DNA of 32,000 nt from Thermodesulfobacterium commune DSM 2178 (GTDB taxonomy: Bacteria; Desulfobacterota; Thermodesulfobacteria; Thermodesulfobacteriales; Thermodesulfobacteriaceae): the NCBI RefSeq assembly GCF_000734015.1, contig NZ_CP008796.1, positions 1,380,001 to 1,412,000 of the forward strand, given 5' to 3'. Below, piece after piece: positions 26,152 to 32,000 of the stretch; the stretch's first letter is position 1, and every line of letters begins with the position of its first letter. The notes below the pieces were generated by a model. It was not told the DNA's origin. It saw nothing but the letters and a program-made list of their open reading frames with translations, and ran no database searches. Position numbers and translations under genes: made by a program.

Positions 26152-27084
26152 TTAAAGATAAACCTTGACATACCTTTTTTCTTTTAACTCTTTAACCCAT
26201 TTTTCTATAAACTTCTGAGCTTTTTCCTCAAAAAGCCTTTGTTTAAGCCTTGGCTTTAACTCTTCAAAAGAAGGAGGCTCGTTTTCTCCTTTTTTGGTTA
26301 ATTTGATAAGGTAAAAACTCTCTCCCACCTTAAAAGGTTTTGACAACTCCCCAGGATTTAACTCTTTAACCTTTTCTAAAATCTTTGGATCGAGGTCTTC
26401 CTCTTTAAAACTTTCATTAAAAAAGCTTACTTTTTCCTTAGGAAGGCCTTTTATCAACTCTTCCAAAGGTTTTCCTTTAATAGATTCTTCATACACGGTG
26501 TTAGCCAGAGGTTCTTCCTTGGTGATAAGAACAGAAAGCCAGTACCTGAAAGATTTATCGTATTTTTTGATTTCCTCAGCATAAAGTGGCTTTAACTCAT
26601 CATCCGTAACCACCACCTTTTCCTTTAACATAAACTGTACAAGCTTAATCTTAAGAAGATTTTCTCTGACCTTCTTCTTATATTCTTCTAAGGTTGAACC
26701 TTTTTCTTTCAACATTTGTTTAAATTTATCTTCTCCTCCTGCAGCTTTAATCTCTTCCTTTAAATAGGCCTCTAACTCTTCGTCTTCTACCTTAAAACCG
26801 TATTTTTTAGCCTCTAAACCTACCAACGTATCCTCTATCCATTCGTTTAAAACCCTCTTTCTGATCTCTTCTTTTATTTTTTCTTTTTCCTCTAAAGGCA
26901 TTTCTGGTTTTATAAATCTCTGATAAATCGGTGCACAAAGTTCCTCAAGCTCATACAAAGTCAAAAACTCCTCTCCTACAACCGCTACTATCTGATTTAT
27001 TTTGGTTGCAGCCTGAAGAGAGGCCCCGAAAAAAAGCATTAAAACAAAACTAACAAACAAGTTCTTCAATAAAACCTTTTTCAT
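26152..27084 (-). CDS. Periplasmic SurA-like chaperone with a degenerate parvulin-like C-terminal region
   Basis: It has a signal peptide, a SurA_N-like region (INQIVAVVGEEFLTLYELE) and Lys/Glu-rich helices. The C-terminal PGELSKPFKVGESFYLIKL parallels the parvulin end of the 29194-30057 protein but lacks its GYH. Confidence 0.6.
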   Translation of the reverse strand: MKKVLLKNLFVSFVLMLFFGASLQAATKINQIVAVVGEEFLTLYELEELCAPIYQRFIKPEMPLEEKEKIKEEIRKRVLNEWIEDTLVGLEAKKYGFKVEDEELEAYLKEEIKAAGGEDKFKQMLKEKGSTLEEYKKKVRENLLKIKLVQFMLKEKVVVTDDELKPLYAEEIKKYDKSFRYWLSVLITKEEPLANTVYEESIKGKPLEELIKGLPKEKVSFFNESFKEEDLDPKILEKVKELNPGELSKPFKVGESFYLIKLTKKGENEPPSFEELKPRLKQRLFEEKAQKFIEKWVKELKEKRYVKVYL

Positions 27085-27089
27085 AGCTG

Positions 27090-28577
27090 TTACATCCCCT
27101 CAAGACTTAGAGAAACGAACCTTCTTCCTCCGTTTACCTTTATCCCCAGCAAAACCGTTTTAGATTGAGCGGCTTTTTTAAGGCCTGCGATAAAGTCTTT
27201 AAGATTGGAAACTTTAACTCCGTTTACCTCGTCGATAACCATCCCTGGGGTGAGGTTGGCGTGATCAGCCGGAGACTCAGGAATAACCTCGGTAATCACT
27301 ACTCCTTTGGTTTGTTTTAACCCTAATCTTTTGGCAAGAGCTGGAGTAAGTTCTTCTACGTCAAACCCTAACTGTTCTAAAATTTCTTGAGCTTCTTCAA
27401 CCTCTGCCCTTGAAAGAATAGCATTCTCTGGAGGAGATCCTACCACTACTTTAATCTTTTCAACCCGATTTCCTCTCACAACGTCAAGCACAACCTCTGT
27501 TCCAGGTTTGGTAATTAAAATGTAACTTTTTAACTCCGAAGCATTTTTCACAGGCTTTCCGTTAAACCCTATAATAACATCCTTTTCTTTTAAGCCTGCT
27601 TTATAGGCTGGTGAGTTTGGAACTACCTCTGTTATTACTGCACCTTCGGTAACATTTTTAACCCCAAGCACCTTGGCAAGATTAGGAGTTAAATCTTGAA
27701 TGGTAACTCCTAAAAAACCTCTTTCGACCTTTCCTTTAGACTTAAGTTGTTCTACCACAGTTTTTACTATGTTACTTGGAATAGCAAACCCTATCCCCAT
27801 GTATCCGCCAGAACGGCTGAAAATAGCAGTATTCATGCCAATAACTTCTCCTTTAAGATTGATAAGTGGACCACCTGAGTTACCAGGATTAATCGCTGCA
27901 TCTGTCTGGATAAAATCCTCTACATCGGAAATTCCTATGCCACTTCTGCTTTTAGCACTTATAACGCCTACAGTTATGGTGTGTGTAAGACCAAATGGGT
28001 TTCCGATAGCTATAACCCATTCCCCTGTTTTGATAAGGTCTGAATCACCAAAAGAAAGTGTTGGAAGATTATTGGCGTTAATCTTAAGTAATGCCACGTC
28101 AGATAAAGGGTCTGCCCCTATCTTTTCTGCAGGAAAAGTTCTGCCATCAAGAAGTTTTACTGTAATCTTCTGAGCTTGCTGAATTACATGATTGTTGGTT
28201 ACGATATACCCGTCAGAAGAAACGATAAAACCTGAACCTGCACCTCTTTCTTTATATCTTGGTAAGGATGGAAAGTTTCTAAAGAAGGGATCTCTAAACA
28301 AGTCAAAGGGAAAAGGATTTGCTGCCACTGTCCTTTCTGTTTCTATGTAAACTACCGCTGGAGCAGCCTTTTCTGCCAAGTAAGAAAAAGCCTCAGAAAG
28401 CTTAAGCGCCACGTTCAAACTTTCCTGGTTGACTACCTTTCCATCCTGAGCGATAAGCTTTGATTTAAAACTACTTTTTTCCAAAAAAGTCTTGCTGGCA
28501 AACCCTAAGGCAAAACAAAATAAAATAAGAAAGATAACTTTATAATGTTTAAAATACCGCTGAAGGTCTAACCTCAT
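27090..28577 (-). CDS. htrA: Periplasmic serine endoprotease HtrA/DegP/DegQ family with two PDZ domains
   Basis: Catalytic triad contexts TNNHV, SDVALLK and GNSGGPL are present. Two PDZ-like repeats and an N-terminal membrane anchor or signal are visible. Confidence 0.92.
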   Translation of the reverse strand: MRLDLQRYFKHYKVIFLILFCFALGFASKTFLEKSSFKSKLIAQDGKVVNQESLNVALKLSEAFSYLAEKAAPAVVYIETERTVAANPFPFDLFRDPFFRNFPSLPRYKERGAGSGFIVSSDGYIVTNNHVIQQAQKITVKLLDGRTFPAEKIGADPLSDVALLKINANNLPTLSFGDSDLIKTGEWVIAIGNPFGLTHTITVGVISAKSRSGIGISDVEDFIQTDAAINPGNSGGPLINLKGEVIGMNTAIFSRSGGYMGIGFAIPSNIVKTVVEQLKSKGKVERGFLGVTIQDLTPNLAKVLGVKNVTEGAVITEVVPNSPAYKAGLKEKDVIIGFNGKPVKNASELKSYILITKPGTEVVLDVVRGNRVEKIKVVVGSPPENAILSRAEVEEAQEILEQLGFDVEELTPALAKRLGLKQTKGVVITEVIPESPADHANLTPGMVIDEVNGVKVSNLKDFIAGLKKAAQSKTVLLGIKVNGGRRFVSLSLEGM

Positions 28578-29166
28578 CTATCTCCCCCCCTTTTTGCCCT
28601 TCTTTTCTTTGCTCAGCAAGCTTACTAACCACATAATCAAATACTTTTTTTAAATTTACCACATCCTCTTTATTATAAAGAATAAGCTTTCTTAGAGCAT
28701 TTTTGTCTTTGGCTTCCACCCATCTACGCCAAAGTTTTACCGCGTGATAACCATTCATACCCTCTGTTTCTCTTGCTATCCCAATAGCTTTTTCTATCTT
28801 CTTAAGCCCCCCATTTAACCCCACCAGTTTAGAGGCTAAATAAAGGTCTAAATGAACTACCGGCATCGAAACCTCAGGGAAACGTTTTTTGATAAACGGA
28901 AGATCAAACCTCTCCCCTCCAAAGGTAACCCAGATAGGAGAAACCTTTAGAAGAGAAAGAGAACGCTCTAAGTTTAACCCCTTAATAAAAGGTAAATATT
29001 TCCCTTGAGTATAGACCCCTATAAGGGTAATGTCGTTTTTTTCCTTAGATAGACCTTCTGTTTCTATGTCTAAAAACAATAAAGAGGTGGTGTTCTTAGC
29101 ACAAAGAAAGCACAGGTCTACTAAATTTAAATTTTCCTTATCTAACACGCCTTTAAGATCTACCAT
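28549..29166 (-). CDS. Cytoplasmic RNase H-like (YprB/PF13482-type) putative exonuclease
   Basis: Motifs LFLDIETEGL, FGGERFDLPFI, HLDL and YNKEDVVNL match the RNase H-like 3'-5' exonuclease fold. There is no signal peptide. The 3' end overlaps the htrA start by 29 nt. Confidence 0.6.
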   Translation of the reverse strand: MVDLKGVLDKENLNLVDLCFLCAKNTTSLLFLDIETEGLSKEKNDITLIGVYTQGKYLPFIKGLNLERSLSLLKVSPIWVTFGGERFDLPFIKKRFPEVSMPVVHLDLYLASKLVGLNGGLKKIEKAIGIARETEGMNGYHAVKLWRRWVEAKDKNALRKLILYNKEDVVNLKKVFDYVVSKLAEQRKEGQKGGEIDEVRPSAVF

Positions 29167-29193
29167 CTTCCTTCCTTTTAAAAGCGTCTTTCT

Positions 29194-30057
29194 TTAATAA
29201 ACTTTAGGAGTATATTTTTGAGAAAGCTTCTCTATCAGGTCTTTCATCAAAGCCTCTTCTTTTTCCTCCCTTAAATCATTTTCTACCAGCTTTTTAGCTT
29301 GCTCAAAAGTTAAGGCCTTTGCAGGAATTTTCTTTTCTACTTTTATGAGATGATATCCATAGTTTGACCTCATAGGATGACTTACTTCTCCAGGTTTAAG
29401 GCTAAAGATCTTGGCTTCAAACTGAGGGTCTGTTTCCCCTCTTTTAATAATCCCTAAGCTTCCACCTTTTTCCTTAGAATTAGGATCTTCTGAATAGGTC
29501 TTAGCTAACTCTTCAAACTTGGCACCTTTCAGGATCTGCGCCCTAATCTGATTAGCCCTTTTAAGCACCTTGTCTGCTTCTTCTTTTTTGGCATCTGAGG
29601 GAAGAGAAAGTAAAATATGCTTAAGTTCAACCGCCTCAGGTTCTACATATCTATCCTTATGTTTCTGATAATAGTCTTTTAACTCTTCTTCGGTTATTTT
29701 GATACCTTCGAGCTTGGTTTTAAGATATCTTTGAGCAAGTATTTGTTTTTCTATGTTGATTAAATCCCTTTGAACCTCAGGAAGCTTATCTATACCTTCT
29801 TCTTTAGCAGCCAACCCTAATAAACTTAAGGTTATCCATTTATCTATCAACGTCTTTTTAATCTTCTCTTTAGCCTCTGGAGAAGACTTAAGAATCTCCT
29901 GAACCTGAGGGTCCTGATTAAGAATCTTTTCGACCTCTTGTTCATAAAGCTTATATGGACCAACCTCTGCCAAAACCTTGGATTCTGCTCCATAAACCAC
30001 CTGTATTCCCATGATAAACATCCAAACCAAAAACCCTACTAACCAACCTTTTTTCAT
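29194..30057 (-). CDS. Secreted parvulin-type peptidyl-prolyl cis-trans isomerase (PrsA/SurA/PpiD-like)
   Basis: It has a signal peptide and a parvulin domain (VELKHILLSLP...FEELAKTYSEDPNSKEKGGSLG...YGYHLIKV). Confidence 0.85.
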   Translation of the reverse strand: MKKGWLVGFLVWMFIMGIQVVYGAESKVLAEVGPYKLYEQEVEKILNQDPQVQEILKSSPEAKEKIKKTLIDKWITLSLLGLAAKEEGIDKLPEVQRDLINIEKQILAQRYLKTKLEGIKITEEELKDYYQKHKDRYVEPEAVELKHILLSLPSDAKKEEADKVLKRANQIRAQILKGAKFEELAKTYSEDPNSKEKGGSLGIIKRGETDPQFEAKIFSLKPGEVSHPMRSNYGYHLIKVEKKIPAKALTFEQAKKLVENDLREEKEEALMKDLIEKLSQKYTPKVY

Positions 30058-30070
30058 TTAAAACCTCCAA

Positions 30071-30844
30071 TTATTTTATTTTAGTAAAAGGACCAAAAAA
30101 GCCAGGACCAGCCACCCGTCCAGGGAAGACAAAAGAAGACTTGCCTAAAACAGTCCCTGGTTGTAAGACCGAATTACAACCTGTCTGGCAACCATCTCCT
30201 AAAATTGCCCCGAACTTTCTAAGTCCTGTTTTTATGGTCTCCCCCTCTATGTTTAACACTATCTCTTTTTTGTTAAACTTTAGATTAGCCAGCTTGGTTC
30301 CTGCCCCAAGGTTAACCTGCGCCCCGAGAATGCTATCTCCTACATAAGCAAAATGCGCAGCTTTAGATTGAGCTAAAAAGATAGAGTTTTTTACCTCGGT
30401 GGTATGACCTACCACACAACCAGCCCCGGTATATACACTACCCCTTACATAAGCCCCTTGCCTAATCTCTGTGTTTTGCGAAAAATAGGCAGGACCCTCT
30501 ATCATCGCAAAAGGCTCCACTTTTACCCCTTTTTCAAAGAAGATTTTCTCACTGCCTAAAAACGCTCCTGCCATAAGGATAGCCCCTTCTACCCTTTCCC
30601 CTTTAAAATAATACCCTTCTTCTTCAAATTCCAGGTCTTTCAAAGGAATGACCTCTCCTTCTACAGTAAGCAATACAGTTTCTGGTAAAGGACATCTTAA
30701 AGGAATCTTTTTAGGAATAGGAGGGACTATATCGTTTAAAAAGGTCTTTAGCTTTTTTAAGGCCTCCCAGGGAAATTGACCTTCAAAAAGAGACGCTACT
30801 TTTTCTTTTTCCAAGCTTCCAAAAAAGTCTACTAATTTAATCAT
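30071..30844 (-). CDS. Left-handed beta-helix (hexapeptide-repeat) acyltransferase, GlmU C-terminal-domain-like
   Basis: Hexapeptide repeats are present. HFAYVGDSILGAQVNLGAGTKLANLKFNKKE...GAILGDGCQTGCNSVLQPGTVLG resembles the GlmU acetyltransferase domain. No nucleotidyltransferase domain is present. The substrate is unknown. Confidence 0.55.
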   Translation of the reverse strand: MIKLVDFFGSLEKEKVASLFEGQFPWEALKKLKTFLNDIVPPIPKKIPLRCPLPETVLLTVEGEVIPLKDLEFEEEGYYFKGERVEGAILMAGAFLGSEKIFFEKGVKVEPFAMIEGPAYFSQNTEIRQGAYVRGSVYTGAGCVVGHTTEVKNSIFLAQSKAAHFAYVGDSILGAQVNLGAGTKLANLKFNKKEIVLNIEGETIKTGLRKFGAILGDGCQTGCNSVLQPGTVLGKSSFVFPGRVAGPGFFGPFTKIK

Positions 30845-30854
30845 ATTAAAAATA

Positions 30855-30882
30855 ATTATAAACCCAAAAAAAGACTTGTCAA
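30855..30882 (-). promoter_or_regulatory. Consensus sigma70-type promoter for the long minus-strand gene run; it predicts a near-leaderless mRNA
   Basis: On the minus strand: TTGACA (30882-30877), a 16 nt spacer, then TATAAT (30860-30855). Only 10 nt (TATTTTTAAT) separate the -10 from the ATG at 30844, and there is no SD. Confidence 0.5.
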
Positions 30883-30903
30883 AACAAAAAAATTGATTAA
30901 AAT
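30876..30903 (+). promoter_or_regulatory. Candidate sigma70-type promoter for tRNA-Arg
   Basis: TTGTCA (30876-30881), a 16 nt spacer, then TAAAAT (30898-30903). The tRNA 5' end at 30921 is ~10 nt beyond the predicted TSS. The -35 overlaps the divergent promoter's -35. Confidence 0.45.
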
Positions 30904-30920
30904 TTAAGTTGTACTTAACT

Positions 30921-30994
30921 GCCCCTGTAGCTCAACAGGATAGAGCAGCGGCCTTCTAAGCCGTAGGTTGGGGGTTCGAGTCCCTCCGGGGGCG
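30921..30994 (+). tRNA. tRNA-Arg (anticodon TCT); CCA is not encoded
   Basis: Cloverleaf folded by hand. The acceptor stem is GCCCCTG/CGGGGGC. The D arm is GCTC-AACAGGAT-AGAGC. The anticodon arm is GCGGC-CTTCTAA-GCCGT, with TCT at positions 34-36. The variable loop is AGGTT, the T arm is GGGGG-TTCGAGT-CCCTC, and the discriminator is G. It is followed by CTTTTTTTATTTT. Confidence 0.93.
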
Positions 30995-31134
30995 CTTTTT
31001 TTATTTTAAAAAAATCTTTCAGTTTAAACTAAACAAAACCTAATCTATTTTCTACCAACGCCTTCATTCTATAAACGATTCCTCTTGACCTAAAAAATAT
31101 TGATATCTATCCTCTTTAACCCCCATATATGGCC

Positions 31135-31338
31135 TCAACCGATAAGCATAAGAAGGATAAGTTGAATATATTGCCAGGAGATGTAACCTCTGTTTGAACC
31201 AGGTAAAGGCATATGTTGGTCTATTAAGGTTTTTATTCCAGAGTTTTTGAGGAAGGCATCAACAAGAGCAAGTCCTGAACGAGGGGTGATAGGTTCGTTA
31301 GTTTTTAGGATTTTGAAGTTAAGAGAGTTTTGCGGCAT
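31135..31338 (-). pseudogene. N-terminal fragment of a DDE transposase (IS1380/IS4-like), decayed
   Basis: The 67-aa ORF (..ITPRSGLALVDAFLKNSGIKTLIDQHMPLPGSNRGYISWQYIQLILLMLIG*) resembles the N-terminus of IS1380/IS4-type transposases. The same frame continues into 31134-31030 with three further stops (G*GHIWGLKRIDINIF*VKRNRL*). No catalytic domain is left. The family assignment is from memory. Confidence 0.5.
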
Positions 31339-31387
31339 AATGACATCCTCTTAGGTTTAGGAATTTTTCACCTGATAGGTGATAGAT

Positions 31388-31414
31388 CGTTTAGACAGAA
31401 AGCGTTTAGACAGA
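31388..31414. repeat. Tandem direct repeat, CGTTTAGACAGA twice with a 15-nt period
   Basis: CGTTTAGACAGA occurs at 31388-31399 and again at 31403-31414. It lies upstream of the transposase fragment, next to a small inverted repeat CACCT-GAT-AGGTG (31369-31381). Confidence 0.6.
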
Positions 31415-31480
31415 TTGAAAAATGGGAAAACATGAATGAATATTAAATTTCTATTGGCAAAATAGGGTAACCCTAAGTTA

Positions 31481-31508
31481 TTGACATAAAACCAGGCTGT
31501 GGTAAAAA
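31481..31508 (+). promoter_or_regulatory. Candidate sigma70-type promoter (extended -10) for the riboswitch-metE transcript
   Basis: TTGACA (31481-31486), a 16 nt spacer, then TGgTAAAAA (31500-31508). The predicted TSS is ~31515, just before riboswitch P1 at 31521. Confidence 0.5.
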
Positions 31509-31520
31509 GTTAGGGAGAGC

Positions 31521-31767
31521 AGGCTGGATGTAAGGGAAGAGGGGTGAAAATCCCCCGCTGCCCCGCAGCCGTGACCGGGGACGAAAGCCGCTTGGAGGTC
31601 TACCTGACCTCTGGGGAAGGAGGTCCCGAGTAAGGATTCCCTAAAAGGAGGCTTCCTTCCTTGGGCTAAAGGCCAACAGCCTTTAGCCGACAGACCACTG
31701 GTGCCGAAAGGCACTGGGAAGGTGCGGCAAGTAGGTTGATCCGGAAGCCGGAAGACCTATCCAGCCT
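31521..31767 (+). promoter_or_regulatory. Cobalamin (B12) riboswitch aptamer
   Basis: The closing helix is AGGCTGGAT (31521-31529) paired with ATCCAGCCT (31759-31767). The conserved core TAAGGGAAGAGGGGTGAAAATCCCCCGCTGCCCCGCAGCCGTGA is present. CCACTGG...CACTGGGAAGGTG and the B12 box AAGCCGGAAGACCTATCC are present. The element is a GC-rich island in AT-rich DNA and sits upstream of metE. Confidence 0.88.
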
Positions 31768-31793
31768 CTAAAAACCTCGAGGGGGGTATATCT

Positions 31794-31814
31794 ATGACTA
31801 AAACACCACCTTAA
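31794..31814 (+). other. Candidate 6-codon leader mini-ORF (MTKTPP*) with a strong SD, between the riboswitch and metE
   Basis: GAGGGGGG (31779-31786), then 7 nt, then ATG ACT AAA ACA CCA CCT TAA. This is seen in the sequence only, and a chance occurrence is possible. Confidence 0.25.
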
Positions 31815-31891
31815 AATCATTTTATTTCCGTTCATCTTTATCTATCCAGATTTTTAAATCTCTAAACACCAAAATTGCAGGAGGGATGATT

Positions 31892-32000
31892 ATGCAAACT
31901 TTGGCTTATGGTTTTCCCAAGTTAGGGAAAAAAAGGGAATTTAAGCAATTGCTTGAAAACTTTTGGAAAGGAACCCTTGAAGAAGAGGCTTTTTACGAAG
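31892..32000 (+). CDS. metE: Cobalamin-independent methionine synthase, N-terminal 36 aa (3' end outside the window)
   Basis: [36 protein letters not shown] closely parallels the MetE N-terminus (x-A-x-GFPxIGxKREFKxxLExFWKGxxxxExF) as I remember it for Thermotoga-type MetE. The SD AGGAGGG lies at 31879-31885. An in-frame ATG at 31886 is an alternative start. Confidence 0.8.
   Translation, partial: MQTLAYGFPKLGKKREFKQLLENFWKGTLEEEAFYE

Noticed and set aside
27700-28173. 157-aa ORF antisense to htrA
   Set aside because: It is exactly antisense to the well-supported protease domain, which includes GNSGGPL. It has a Pro/Ser/Leu-rich composition typical of an antisense frame and has no start context.
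30921-31134. tRNA-Arg as the attachment site of an integrated genomic island
   Set aside because: I found no direct repeat of the tRNA 3' end by eye anywhere downstream in the window. There is no integrase gene. The flanking gene is housekeeping metE.
31478-31714. 78-aa ORF on the minus strand (MPFGTSGLSAKGCWPLAQGRKPP...)
   Set aside because: It lies entirely inside the GC-rich cobalamin riboswitch, on the opposite strand. It has a low-complexity G/P/S/L composition, no SD and no family resemblance. It is an artefact of the stop-poor GC island.
31775-31786. CCTCGAGGGGGG palindrome after the riboswitch, considered as a terminator or sequestering hairpin
   Set aside because: CCTCGAGG is self-complementary with no loop, so it cannot form a hairpin by itself. 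No U-tract follows it.
1-32000. CRISPR arrays, rRNA genes, toxin-antitoxin pairs, restriction-modification or other defence modules, prophage genes
   Set aside because: I scanned both strands. I found no regularly spaced repeats, no rRNA-like conserved blocks, and no small paired ORFs or nuclease/methylase/ATPase signatures outside the genes listed. The window is densely packed with housekeeping and energy-metabolism genes.

Overview
The window looks like ordinary chromosome from an AT-rich, probably thermophilic, anaerobic diderm. The proteins are rich in K, E and I, lpxC is present, menaquinone is made by the futalosine route, and there is a DsrMK-type module. A Thermodesulfobacteriota-like origin is inference only. 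I call 32 CDS, one tRNA, one riboswitch and one IS remnant. I saw no rRNA, CRISPR array, prophage or recognisable defence island.

Layout:
(i) 1-8393 (+): the 3' end of a 2-oxoacid:ferredoxin oxidoreductase operon (porA', porB) runs without a break into an 8-gene group-4 membrane-bound [NiFe]-hydrogenase. Its subunits are NuoC-like, NuoD-like large subunit, a 16-Cys polyferredoxin, NuoL-like, NuoN-like, NuoB-like, NuoH-like and NuoI-like.
(ii) 8493-12304 (+): a DsrM/DsrK (HmeCD)-type pair and a methyl-accepting chemotaxis protein with no sensor domain.
(iii) 20502->12307 (-): a tightly packed 8-gene unit. It starts with a cysteine synthase-CysRS fusion, followed by an endonuclease III-like gene, an EamA transporter, cobO, an mqnE/C-family radical SAM gene, an amidohydrolase, mqnA and ubiE.
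(iv) 20491-21420 (+): a lone LysM-YkuD L,D-transpeptidase whose start overlaps the fusion gene head to head.
(v) 30844->21438 (-): a hexapeptide-repeat transferase, a parvulin, an RNase H-like exonuclease, htrA, a SurA-like gene, recO, a LOG-family gene, pyrB, pyrC and lpxC.
(vi) Right end: tRNA-Arg(TCT), a decayed transposase fragment, and a cobalamin riboswitch in front of metE, which is truncated by the window edge.

The two strongest candidates for new biology are the POR-to-hydrogenase operon (a possible hard-wired 2-oxoacid hydrogenlyase) and the CysK-CysRS fusion with degenerate class-I signature motifs. All homology calls come from motif recognition by eye. No database search was run.
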